Of a stretch of 64,000 nucleotides of DNA, positions 1 to 60,982 are shown one piece after another. The notes beneath the pieces were generated by a model. That model was not told the origin of the DNA, searched no databases, and was given only the letters and a program-made list of their open reading frames with translations. A program made the position numbers and the translations under genes. Source of the DNA: Chrysomallon squamiferum (Eukaryota > Animalia > Mollusca); NCBI GenBank assembly GCA_012295275.1, contig CM022673.1, forward strand, positions 17,050,001-17,114,000, read 5' to 3'. Positions within the stretch are counted from its first letter, which is position 1. Every line of letters begins with the position of its first letter.

Positions 1-552
1 TATTTATTTATTTATTAATTTATTATTATTACAACTTTTTTTTTTTTTTTTTTTTATAACAAATGTATTAAGCAAGATAATTAGGTTATTTTGGGATATT
101 ACTAACGAAACAGATGCATCAATTACTTCCGTCTTTTCGGTGAGATCGTTTCCTAAGTTTTGTCACACAGAACGCGAGAGAGGTACACACGTCTGAAACC
201 GAAGTAAGCGTCAACTACTCGGCTACGCAACTGGTACTACGGAAATGGCCGGAAATTGGAAGTCCGAAAAGAGCGCAGTTGCATGTCGGGAATGCGAGTT
301 ATCTTTAGGCGATGTGTTTTCGGACCAAACTCGGAAGGAAGCACAATCTGGTAAAAATATCTCGTGACGGGACAGCCTAAAGTAGAGATCAGTGTAAATT
401 CACTTATAGGCTGTGGGATGCCCGAGATCAGAGAGTGTGTGACACACTGCAAATGAAGGAAACAAGCAAGTAAATAAACACAAACAAATGAAAAAGAAGG
501 CAATCGAAATACAAACACACAAATGAAAAAGAAAGCAATCGAAATACAAAAA

Positions 553-583
<31 letters not shown>

Positions 584-1692
584 AATGAAATTAAAACAAA
601 CAAATAAATAAATAAAAAGGCAAATGAAATCAAAAATAAATAATTAAATAAATTAAATATTTTAAAAGCCAAACAAACAAACAAACAAACAAACAAATAA
701 ATTCTGAACTGTCTGTTAAAATTTAAAACAAACAGGTAATTAAATAAATGTTAACATTTGCTAAACAAAAATAAGAAAAAAATGAAAGGAGGTTATTTTA
801 AAAACGTTCAGTAAATAATCCGTTAATTTTTATATACCATTTAGTATATTTAAAAGTGATTTTTGTTGTACACTGTTCACTCATATCTTAACTGATATAT
901 AATTACATAATAATGATGATGATAATGATAATGACGATTATGATTATGATGTTTGTTTTGAAACCACGTCAAAATATGGACGGTTCATGTTTTCCCAACC
1001 CTGACCTCCACTTCGTCTTATTGAAATATGTTTCAATATAATTTGCTTATTTTAAATTATTCTTCTTATCAGTATTAACACCTAAATACGACTCTTAATT
1101 TTAGTCCAAGTCAAAATATTTACAAACAATCCATTCTTGCTTTGCAGAATAACTGATAAAAGACGGAGTTTTTATGTAACCACGTGTGTCCTAAATCAAT
1201 GTGAAACTTAAACGCGCCGGACACTGACGTGTTGCACAGAGTCGTGACGATAAATCACTGGTGATTGTTTTCTCCAGATTCTCAGATCTGACGACCACGG
1301 CGTTGAGAGCAAGTCCGTGTTGGCGGTCGGCGGAAGGTGAAGGTTAAGTAGACGAGACGTCGATACTCTTTAAGTGAACGCCGTTGTTAGCGTTGCGGCT
1401 GTTGTCGTTAGACGTGCCACATGTCAGAGAGGAGAACGTAGTGGTTAAGTATTTCAAATCTCCCTGCAGCTTAGAGATCAGATGTCTAGTGGCCTTTCCG
1501 TACTTAACAATGCGCAACACTATACTCTGTGTGTGAATTGATTAACGAGTAAAACGATCGAACTGTTCACACTGACACACGCACACACACACACACACAC
1601 ACAGGGGGAGAGACAAAGAATGAGAAAAACAGATAGACAAATGTATGGGAAAGAAGGAGAAAGAACTGGTAAGAGAAAAGGTAGGGATGACA

Positions 1693-1758
<66 letters not shown>

Positions 1759-1787
1759 GAGATACACATGTAAATTTTAAAAAGCTA

Positions 1788-1845
<58 letters not shown>

Positions 1846-2320
1846 GTATGCCTAATTTCAGTTTAGTTGAAATAAATAAAAACAAACAAAAATGTAAAAA
1901 TATCCTAAAAGCTTCCTGTATTATCCATTATGAATTTCCTTTTTCTTCTCTCTTTGGGAAAATTAAGAACAAAATATTGATTGCATTTATGAATAATAAT
2001 AATAACAAAAAAAAAAAAAAAATAATAATAATAATAATAATAAAATAAAAAAAATAAATAAAAAATTCAGCAGCTCACATCAAGTTAAATTAAATATTTT
2101 GACGACACTTGAAGCTAGACATTTATACCGTTTATCGCTTCATACTAAACTGGGAGCACTGATAGGTTTTACATTTTAGTAAACAGAGACAGCAAAAAAA
2201 AAAAAAAACCACCCAAAACCCAAACAAACAAAAACAAAACACAAAAACACAAAAAAACAGAGAAAAAACCACTTCATGGAAAAAAAATAAAAAAAATAAT
2301 AATAATATAAATAAATAAAA

Positions 2321-2367
<47 letters not shown>

Positions 2368-4675
2368 GAAAGAAAGAAAGAAAGAAAGAAAATAAATATG
2401 AATAGAAAAAACAACAACAAACAAACAAACTTAAACTTCCCACACAGTACAGATAAAACAATCACTCGGTGATAACCAAATTCTTCTTCGTGTCGTGAAA
2501 ACTACACTTTGGAAGCAACTGGGGAAACATCCAATTTTGCTTCGTTTTGCCTTGTCCCGTTTCGGGTCCAGCAATATCAAAATTAATCACTTTTCTCCAT
2601 ATTAAACCTTAACTAGAACCGACCTCTTCGACACCTAATGCCTTTAACACATCTTTTGGTGATTAGAGATCATCTAATTTGCAGCATGTCGTCGTTAAAC
2701 ATGCATTCACATTTCCTTTCCAATTTCCTTCGCAACACATTCCCGTCCACTACCTTATAGAAACTGCTGGATTCCCCATTATCTGCCACTCTGTAAAGTA
2801 CACTGGACATGCAATATATGGATACAATGATCATTCATCGGAGAATTCGTGAAGGTTAAAAACACGCCTAGAAAGACATCTGGGATTGCACATGTGTCTT
2901 TGTCATTTTTCATCAGAGTTTATCCTCACGATGCCATTAGAAGTCCTTTCCGCACAAACACGTTAGTTAGTGTAATACAGTAGTAACTCTTATTGGAACC
3001 CCCCCCCCACTGAGACAAAAATTCGAAATCCAGCAAAGCCTCCTACCACCGTTATTGGCATAAATAAAATGAACGAACCGAAATGCGGAGAAATTGTAGT
3101 AGAATAACTAACTAACTAATAAGAATAATTAACTTGTTATGAGAAATATTTTACTAGCTACACGTCAGCTAGATCGGTTTCCGACAAACAAAAACTAGTA
3201 AAATATTTTTTTTATTTCAAGTCGGATCGCATGAATGTGTTATTTATCACTGTTAAATGTAACAGTTCTCTATAGGTATTAATTAAATTGAATTATGTAA
3301 GATTCTAAATATTTTCAAAACACATTTCAGAATTTACACACAAATTATTTAATAACCTAAATTTCATACCGCAAAACAGATGACTATATTTAACAATGTT
3401 TTGTTTTATAAAATAATATTCACAACCACACAACCCTTTCATACACTGACACAGCATTACGACTTCGCGATCACGATCGCGTCATGATCAACGTTCACGT
3501 CTGAAAATACTTCCCATTACTTTTCCAACATGTGGAAATAAAGCTGTTCTCCGTGTCCATCATCTTGAGGTATTTTGTGACGCGTCTTTGCGGAACTGTG
3601 TGTTGAGTCCTCTGAAACCACGCATCTGACACTAATGCTGTTTAGACGCTGTGAGCAGCTGTTAGTACAACCAGCTGCTTAGCGGAGACGGTCAGTTTGC
3701 AGGCGGAGGTATGACAAAGAAGAAAATGGACGAATTAAGTAGTAATTCCAGCAATTGGGCAATTTCTTCGTGTTTGATTCCAGATTTAAGTCTCAGTCTT
3801 GTGATAATGTGAAGTCTTTAGTCCAGTTAAGTGAGATCTAAATTTTTGTTTTTGCGTGAAATCTTTTAGACTGGTAACTGCAATTAAATCGTGAATATCT
3901 TATCGCTATTTTAAGCAATAATTTTAAATGTCATTCAGTATAAATAGTGAATTTTGTAAACTATTAAAATTTCTAAATAATATTTTAGTTTATAGGAAGT
4001 CTCTGTTATTCTCTTGTTACAGGTGTAATAATAATAATATATCAGTGAAAAATGGTAATAAACATTAATAATAGATACAGAAGTGGTCGGCTAATCTCTC
4101 TGTATAAGCATTAACTCGACAGTGCTCAGTCTCGATGGTGCAGTGCTTTCCGCATTGAGAACTACCGCGGAGATGGGAGACATCTATCCAATCCATTTTC
4201 CGTTAATAAGATTATTTTCCCTGCCTCCCTTCGTCCGCCCATTCGTTCATCCAAATACTATAGGTCTGTGATAGGTATGCTCCACATTGTGATAATTCTA
4301 TTTGGTCCATCCATCCATCCATCCATCCATTCATCCATCCACCCATGCATTCATTTTTATGTATTCGTTCAACAGCCGTTCAATTTTTCATTAAGCAGTT
4401 CGGTTAGATGACTTAGTCCAAAGGTCAGTTCTTGCCGCGACAGATAATTAAAAGAAATTCATCGACATGGGCTCATCGTTTTGAGCCTCTTCAGGAAAGT
4501 AATCTCAGCTGAAACTAATTAAGACGGTATGTGCATGAAAAAGGATGTGTGTGTTTAACTGCGGATATTAATGTAATTGCAATTGGCTGAGATCCGGTTT
4601 TCATATCAAAGCGAGAAATGTGTGTAAATAACAAGTTTATTACATCTCTGATTGATCTCAGTCCACACACACACA

Positions 4676-4724
<49 letters not shown>

Positions 4725-7282
4725 AGAGCATAAATAAGTGTATCTGCTTTTTTTCTTTTTTTTTTAAACATTTATTTGGTAAGCGGATATATTTTTACTT
4801 ATAAGGAGATATATATTTTTTTCAGGACACATAGAAAAGGAAATACAACAGACGAAAACAGAGCGAGCATTATAATTACAAAAATAGGTTCTCCCTACAA
4901 ATTCCTTCATAAACAAAAAAGATAAAAAGGAGCTAATATGATTTAGGTGACTCAATCTTTATTAATAAATAATTATTCATAATTATATGTGACTTCTAAC
5001 AACCGACATTATTTTATATTCAAGTATTATATTCTAGTTTCGCTTTTTTTTTATATAACAAATGTGAAAAGCTGATTATTATTATTATTTTGATTTAATT
5101 TAATTTCTGTGTCATATGCCCACAAAAACCTTGAGAAAATCAAGCTTATATCTTTCAGAATTCGTTAGAAAAAAAGAAAAAAGAAGAAAAAGCCATTACG
5201 AACTCGAGAGAAAACTCGGCTTTAAATACATTTAGCTTCAATCGAAAAAAAAAAATAATTGTATAAAAATATCTTTCTTTTCCTAAGCCAACAAATAAAG
5301 AATAAAAGTGGTTAACTATGTAATTAAAATTCGAGATTTTTATATCCAATTTCAACAAAAGTCCATATTTTTAGAGCGTGCGACAAGAAAAGGGAGATAA
5401 TTAAACTATTTACCTTTCTTTTTCTTTTCTGAAGACTTGCTTTTATTTAACATAGCTTGTTAATGTTATCGTGAAAATGAACTGAATTAATAAGTATTAC
5501 AAAAAGGTTAATGGTTTGTACCTACCGGTATATATATTAAACACTGATTAACCCATATCAAAGTAATCAGTCGTGTCTGTAACGTACGAACCAAGTTCAT
5601 GATATACCTGACTTTGCGACAATGCCCCGTTATTAAATGTATTACCGATTCAAAGAAAATAGATAAGCTGTTATTTCTGACTGAATCTATTGTTGTTTCT
5701 TTATTACAACTAATGCCGCAACTACTTCTGCTGCTACTACTTCAGCTATTACTAGAACTGATGGGACAAAATTATAATAGAAATATTTTCACTATTAAAA
5801 TAAAAGACAAAACACAGTTCAACTTCAAACATTTATTTCTTTTGTTATTTATTTTTATACTGGAATATAAATTATGGGTGAAATTATATGCTTAATATAT
5901 TAATAACTTTAAAAATTAACTGTGTGAGTATCAATTGCTTTAGTATCACGTTTCTAAACCGACATCGATTATCGACTTCCGCTCATACACACTACGGTCT
6001 CGCACTAGAGTTAGGTTTTCCTCAGATAAGACACGCTAATATAAGTACATACTGTACTAGCTGTAATAAGATTTAAAGGAAAAAAAAAAAAAAAATAAAA
6101 AAAATACAGAAACGAAAACAGAATAACAACCGATAATAAAGAACTATCACAATATAGACATATATATTTATTTATCTCTAATAAATAAGGTTCACATCTT
6201 ATCACTTGCGAAAACAGATCTGGCACGATTTAATTGAAACCTACACACAAACACTTTTATATATAATTATATTGTTTTTACTTATATTTATATTATTCAG
6301 TCATTAGTATATAAACAATAACAGACGTACTAACGTCATAAATAAACCATTATAAAATGAAAAATATATACATAAAAACATATATACAGAGGCACACACA
6401 CACATACATTTATTTATATAGATGCATGCATACATACGTACATACACATACAAATATGTAAACACATACTAATATATATATATATACACACACACATACA
6501 CACACGAACATACAAGCATATATACATACATAAAACATATACATAAAGATTATACATATATTTTTTGTATTAATAAACATAAAAAATTATAAACCACTAT
6601 AAACGAAAACGAAAATATTAACAAACAAGAACTTTGATATTAAATATTTTGTAATTCATATTACAAATTCAAAAATATTTTGCTCTTAAACTAATAAACT
6701 CAAACGTTTAGTATATTAAAACTAACAAAAACAGACAACGTGTTTAAACTATCACAGAATTATCGGTTTATCATCACACACAAAAGCGAAGTGTGATGAA
6801 CGTACTATTTTGGTATTCAGTTAGTCTTTATAAAGTATCTCAGTCTCATACATAATAATATACATACAGATACTTGAAAATATTCACTGATTCATACATA
6901 GATATCTTGAAAACAAATACACTTATAGGATAAAGTATTACTTAACTCTGCGTAACATAAAATGTTTTCGATATTAATGATGCAAGCAACTTTACTTAGT
7001 AAATATTTATCGAATTTTAGATGCCATTTTGGGCCACGATCATTTTTGTGTTGACTTTTGTATGTATTCACAACAGACTTTTACATATGGAGCTTCCGAA
7101 AATAATCTGAGGTCTTATGTTACAAACACATATACACTGACACGCGTATTCATACATACATACATGCATGCACGCATACATACACACATATATAACACAC
7201 AAAACACACACGCACCATCCATACATCCATGCACACATCCATCCATCCATCCATACCTACACATACATACACACTCATATAC

Positions 7283-7316
<34 letters not shown>

Positions 7317-7431
7317 GCGCACACGTACATATACACATAAATACATACACATACACACATAAGTATACATATCTACATACATACATATACACACATGTAC
7401 ATACACATACACATGTACATTACACATACAT

Positions 7432-7462
<31 letters not shown>

Positions 7463-8100
7463 GACAATCGTGGAGAGATGAGTACTATGATATTTACATT
7501 TAAATATACACTGAAAATCGTCTTGTACACAAGATTAATATACACTGATACATCGTATGATACAAACATAAAACTTGAAAAGTAATTTTATATAACTGCC
7601 AAGGTCACTGTTAACGTTTCTGAACTAATATGTTTGTGAGACTCGGTTTTTTGGAGATAGCGAAAATAGCTCAACTGAAAAAAAAAAAAAAAAAAAAAAA
7701 CGTTTAATGTTTCAGAGATATCCTACACCACATGCACACACTAAGTACTTCCAAGAGAGAGAGAGAAACAGAGAGAAAAAAGTTTATTTCACAGACTAAG
7801 GAGATTAACACACATATATAGATAAAGTTATATAATTTCAAAGTGTATTAGAGCATCTCTGGAAACGGTTCAAATTTCTAAATCTGTTAATGCATAAATG
7901 TACATGTATTTCTTTCTCGCAGATTTATATGGACTGTTAAAAAATGTTATGTGAATAAATGTAAACGTTCGTTCTCATTCGTATTTTTAATTATTAGTCT
8001 TGTTTGGTTTAACAAAGTTCAAATTCCATTAAAAGATCTTTGTAAATTCTTCACACATTCCAAAATTTATTAAAGCATCGTAGTAATTATTATTATTATT

Positions 8101-8133
<33 letters not shown>

Positions 8134-8224
8134 ATTATTATTTTTATTATTATTATTGTGTTCTTGTTATTATTATTATTGTTATTTTTGTTGTTATTAT
8201 TATTGTTGTTGTTGCTGATGTTGC

Positions 8225-8269
<45 letters not shown>

Positions 8270-8534
8270 TACTACTACTACTATTATTATTAATATTATC
8301 ATCATCATTACTATTATAACTTCTAAGGAAACTGGCAAGCTCCAGATCGCGTACAAACTATTAAAAATGTACAACAATAAATAATATTAGGAACACTTGA
8401 GCAAGTTCAGTGTATTCTAGATAAAACAACAATACAAACTGACGCATATAAATAAATATGTAACCCATAATAACACGGCTCAGAAGATCCGACGATTTGT
8501 GCTTCGGTCTCGAATATTTCTGAAAATGATAATG

Positions 8535-8820
8535 TACTTGATTACTTTTAAAATAGAAATATACTTCTTTAATTTTTAAATAAAAATGTACTTTATTATT
8601 TTTTTAAATAAAAATATACTTTATTACTTTTAAAATAGAAATATACTTTATTATTTTTAAATTAAAAATGTACTTTATACTTTTATAATAAAAATATATT
8701 TTAATATATGTATATATACTTTATTATTTTTAAAATAAAAAATATACTTAATTAGTTTTAAAATAAAAATATATATTTCTATTTTTTAAATAAGTATATA
8801 CGTTATTACTTTTAATCAAA
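8535..8820. repeat. AT-rich ~27-bp degenerate tandem repeat (TACTTTATTATTTTTAAAATAAAAATA)
   Basis: The unit recurs visibly about 10 times. Confidence 0.7.
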
Positions 8821-8929
8821 ACATAGTTTACTTATGTTTAAAATGATATAATTAAGCTTTGAAATACAAGAAATAAATATTTAATATACACCTGGAATAA
8901 TAAATAGAAAAATAAAATAGCATTTACTT

Positions 8930-9560
8930 TTTAGATACGTTACCAAAAATAAGATGTCATAAGATATATTTCTTTGATAATACTTTTCAAATATGTTATT
9001 CTTAAAATATTATTTTTCAAATGTTACTCTAAAAACATCACAATTTCCAAATAAGTTATACCTAATATGACGTTTCAAATACACTACTCATATGGAAATA
9101 TGAATACACTTTACGCTTAAAATATTTCATACTTTATAAATACGTTACTCTTAAAATATTTCATACTTTATAAATACGTTACTCTTAAAATATTTCATAA
9201 TTTACAAATACGTTAGTCTTAAAATATTTCATACTTTACAAATACATTGCTTTTAAATAGTTCACAATTTCAATTACGTTACTTTTAAATAGTTCACAAT
9301 TTCAATTACGTTACTTTTAAATTATAACATAATTTCAAATACGTTACTCTTAAAATATTTAATACTTTTCATGTAATTTAAACCATAAAATGCATTGTAT
9401 TTTTAAAAAACATTACACATAAAATATATAATACGTTTTAATAACGTTTTAATAACGTTACTATGGAAATGTATCGTAATTTTCAAGATACGTCATCATG
9501 AAAACTGGCGGTACTGTTGAGATACGTACTCAGAACAGATATCGTAAATGAGAAACGCTT
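8930..9560. repeat. 34-bp minisatellite TTAAAATATTTCATACTTTATAAATACGTTACTC (best copies 9117-9370, degenerate flanks)
   Basis: Near-perfect tandem copies in the centre; the TACGTTAC core recurs in the flanks. Confidence 0.8.
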
Positions 9561-11667
9561 TACACAAAAAACTTAATATGCATGCCATATACAACTTTCA
9601 TTTTAAATATGAAATGAAAATGCCATTGCTCATGTTAATACAATAAAATTATATATTTAATACGAAATATGAAATAAAAAAATATATATAATCATTAAAA
9701 ACATAGACAGGCATGAAAGAACATACGCATAGACATCTATGAAAACTACACTCATATTTGTGAGGGTACATAACGGTATATTAAGTAAATAGTATATTGT
9801 ACATTTATAAATGTTAAAATGTTCTTATTTTTTTTACGATGCAAGGTATTAGAGTAACTGAAATAATTCACTATGATGATGTTTTCTTCAGCTGTTAATA
9901 TAAAAATATTTTACAAATGTATGCATGCATTAAATGGAATAAAAATAACTTCTTAATGGAAATGATTTGATTAATTTAAAATATGCAATAATTACTATTT
10001 AAAGTTTTTTTTTGTTTTATTTTAATGTAGATATTTTTTTATGATAATATGAAAAGTAATAAAAGCAGACTTATAAAAACGAATTAATGTATAAATATGA
10101 TAAATAAACCAAAAGCAACCGCAACACAAAACACAGAAACGAAGCAGCAAATGTAAAATAATTAAAAATATTAATATGAAAGAAAAAGATGAAAAAATAG
10201 GCAGAAAATTCCAGTAAAAAACCCACCAGTATTAATGAATGAAAGATGACAATAAATAAATAAATAATATAAAATAGTATTTAAAAATCAAGACCTCTTT
10301 TTTGTGTAAACGAAAAGATAAACAAGAAAACCTATCAAGATGAAATAGAAAATGGCAAAAGGAAAAAGTTGGAAAACGTTATTAAAAAGGATTAGAACAA
10401 GAAAATAACGAGATAATGAAGAAAGTTGAGAAGATCATTCAAAAAATAATAATAAATAACTAACCAGCCAACCAACCAATCAAACAACATACCAACCAAC
10501 ACACAAACAAGTAAGTAAGCAAGTAAGTAAGTAAATAAATAAATATTTAAAAATATATTTTAAATAAGAAATCATTTTCTATAATCGAAAGTCCAATATG
10601 CAAAATATTTTCATGCAGGAATGTGACAAAAAATCGAAAGGCTAGAAGAACCAGATGGAATAATTATTATTTGTTCGATTAATAATATATAACAAAGAAA
10701 GAAAGACAGAAAAAACAACAAACGATCATAATACTGTCAAAAATTCATATCTATATAAAGGCATGCTGATATTTCATAAAAGAAAGATAAAACAGATAAA
10801 ACAGATTAGTGTCGTCTATCTAAAAAAATGTTAATATCTAATCAAAAATATATTGTGCGTTGTATTTTAATTAATGTTGAAAATAATGTAAAATATTTCA
10901 AAGTTTTCTTGGTACATAATATCAGTTAATAACATTTTAAGTTTTAGGCTACTGAAATTAAATTTACTATGACATCTAGATTTTTATTTTATCAAGTGTT
11001 AATTAATTTAAATACACATTGTTGTTACCTGACTTACAGTTTATCAAATTTTATCAAATGTTAATTAATTTAAACATACATTGTCGAAATGTATACATTT
11101 TATACCAATACATGTTTCATAAAATAAACACGTAGGCGTATTATTTACGGTAGACTACGAGAGATATATACTTATTCTTTTATGTGCAGCGACTTTCTTA
11201 AAAACTGCACGTTATTTAAAACTAAAACTTGGTACACCGACTGAACATTTTACTTCCACCACTGTTCTAGAACATTTCACTGTATATATACGTTTTATGT
11301 TTTAACTTCAAAATGTCATTAACTTTGCACAAACACTTGCTGTTTAATTAATATAATGTTAATATGCAAGCAAACACATGCATCAGAACAACAAATCCGT
11401 CTTCACTGCTGATTTTACATAAACTAATACTTGACATGTCACACACCGCTGGTTATATAGTTGTTAGTAAGTCACACAAAACCATGCACTAACTAAACGG
11501 TTAGCATGATAGTTTGTTACAAATCGTTACACAAACCCATGCGTTGTTTGTTAGTATTTCACAGCATATAGATATTTTCTAGGTGTTTATGTATATATAT
11601 ATATATATGTATATATGTATAGTATATCATGCATAAAGAACGTGTGAAACAAACTCAGGACAACCGT

Positions 11668-11980
11668 AAATTTATTCACTATTGGCCATGTAATTATTCG
11701 CTGTTATTAATAAAATATTTTGGCATTAGGTACAAAATTATTCATTAGTATCCATTATTTGCTATTGGACAAATGATTATTCACTATTAGCCGTTCAACT
11801 ATTCTGTATTATTCATACAGTTCTTCACTATTGGCTAAATAAGTATTCATTGTTAGCAGTAAAATTGTTCACCATTAGCTATGGAATTTTTTCACTATTG
11901 GTCATAGAATTATTCAGTATTAGTCGTTGATTTTATTCTCATTTAGCCGTACGATTATTGACTTGTTAGGTATAGAATAA
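11668..11980. repeat. Degenerate ~22-bp tandem repeat (AATTATTCACTATTGGCCATGT-like)
   Basis: TTCACTATT(G/A)G recurs at regular spacing. Confidence 0.7.
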
Positions 11981-12494
11981 TCTACAAAATTAATTTATCT
12001 TACTGAAATATATTTGTTCATTTGATGGAGTCGGACAAGGATGTCTTCTGAAACACGTACTGTTTTAATAATTCATAAAAAGGACACTGAATGATGTGTA
12101 CAATTTAAAACAAAACTAAAGCAAAATATTTTAAAATAAAGATAAAAAAACATTCTGTTTGCAAATGAGAAAAAGAGAATTTGGCATATACCTGTGAATA
12201 AATATAAAGAAAGGTTTGTTAACAAATTAAATGCCAAAATTTATGTCAGTAATGTTTAATATACAAGTCATTTCTGGTAAAAATAAGATGTTAAAATATG
12301 CTAGTAACATTACCAGTTAGGTCTCAAAATTCTGAGTAATACTGAATGACTGAAATAGTTAAGAATGAAACCGACAGGCTGAGTTTGTTTCACGCGATCT
12401 CTACAGAATGGAGTGAAAGTGGTTAATGCAAAAACACGCTTTGTTAGTGTTAGCATTAGGATATATGATATAACTGCTGACTAATTATTATAAT

Positions 12495-12513
12495 ACCTCG
12501 CTAGAGGGCGCTG
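12495..12513 (+). promoter_or_regulatory. Candidate CTCF-binding motif ACCTCGCTAGAGGGCGCTG
   Basis: Matches the bilaterian CTCF core CCRSYAGRKGGCRS at 13 of 14 positions and is an isolated GC-rich word in AT-rich DNA ~0.7 kb beyond the stop codon. Confidence 0.45.
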
Positions 12514-12685
12514 TTCTACCGTAGTCATGTCTTGTCTGTAGACTTGTCACTGAAAACATTAATCAACATGACTGAGTAACAGTGTATTAGACATTAACTG
12601 TGATACGTCGCCACATTCTAATACAGTTCATCCATGAAGTACATAGACAAGACAGGGCAATGCCTCTTGACATGGTGCGTAAGAC

Positions 12686-12732
<47 letters not shown>

Positions 12733-13187
12733 CAGAAGGAGTTCGTTGACAATGTGCATAAGATAAATTGCTAATTCTTAGCGTGAAATATCATTGTGTA
12801 TATGCTAGGATAATGCTCAAGGTATTGATACATAAAGTATAGATGGTGGCAGGAGGGTAAAAATACAAGGTTTTCTCTGTCGTATTATATGAATATATCC
12901 TAATTAAAAAAGAAAAAAACGACAAAAATATTAACTCGTTTTAGTCCAGTGAACAATTATCCATAATTCCATATAATGATAATGACGTGAATATATGTAA
13001 TTATCTTTTAAAATAAAATGGATAATTATTATAAAAACAATTATTTTAAAGAAATTACGAAAATAAGAACAAAAACAAAAACTGAATTTATAAATCGAGA
13101 GGAAACATGAGAGTGATGAGTTGTGAAGTGACTATTCTCGTTGCACCGTGCTTACTAAATTAAAACTAAAACACAGAAATTGAAAAC

Positions 13188-59951
<46,764 letters not shown>

Positions 59952-60640
59952 CCTCGCTAATATCACAGACTTCTAGTGTAAGGCACAATCCCAACAAAGT
60001 CAAGTTAATAATCTGTCAGTAGCTCCAGATGAATATAAATTACTAATCTTTACAATATTTAAAAATACAGAGGTTTATTTAAGATAAATTTAGCAAATTA
60101 CAAGTTGATATGTTTGAAAAAAAAACTCATCAAATCTGAAATGACTGAATATAAATAAATGAATAAAAACCTAATGAATGATGGAGACACTATCTTTAAA
60201 ACATATTATATGTCTTGCATTCGTTGATTACTAATTTCCTTTAGACTGAAACCACTTATGTTAAAATCCTTGTTTCAAATCTATGACATTTCTTTTTCTT
60301 TTTTTTAAATGTCTCGAACTCTTCAGCGGAATGACGTAGGCCACACGGAATACAACTGACTGATCACATGACCACTGAGCAGGCGAGTACTGGTTTCTGC
60401 AGGAGCTGCTGTTACTGTCATGTCAAACGATCTTTGCCATTTACTCCGCCTTAATCCGCTCTTGTCCTATCACAGAGAAGTGATCGTTATTCCAGGTAAT
60501 GAATGTTGTTGCATCAGAGAACCAACATGATGATGCAATAATGATCTTTATCACAGCCTGGCGAATTTAGAATACTATAATCTTCAGTGACGTATGACAC
60601 AGGTCAGTGGAAACATTACCAGGACTACTTCAAAGAAATT

Positions 60641-60982
60641 CCAGCATAATGTCTCTTTGTCTTTGGTATTATATCATTACCTCAAGTCCTTTTTTTTCTT
60701 TTCTTTTCTTTTTTTTTTTCCTTTTTGGAATCACAGAAAAACAAAGATTAGTTATATTTTACTTTCAACAGTCCAGCTTTTCTCTTGTAAGACGTAGAAG
60801 TTTTCCCCTTAAATCTTAATCCGCCAGCATAATGTCTTGTTTCTGCCTTTGGTATTAAATCATACCTCTTGCCTTGTTTTTTTCATTGTTTTTCTTTTGT
60901 ATAACAGAACAACAAAGATTAGTTATGTTTTACTTTAAAAGCTTTTCTCTTGCCAGACGTTGAAGTTTTTTCATTAAATCTT
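60641..60982. repeat. Diverged tandem duplication (60641-60817 and 60824-60982) upstream of the sGC start codon
   Basis: Both copies read CCAGCATAATGTCT...CTTTGGTATTA...ACAAAGATTAGTTAT.TTTTACTTT...AGCTTTTCTCTTG..AGACGT.GAAGTTTT...TTAAATCTT. Confidence 0.85.

Noticed and set aside
2480-2950. Balanced-GC stretch that could be a decayed LINE or an exon
   Set aside because: No open frame of 60 aa or more and no recognisable RT/endonuclease motif.
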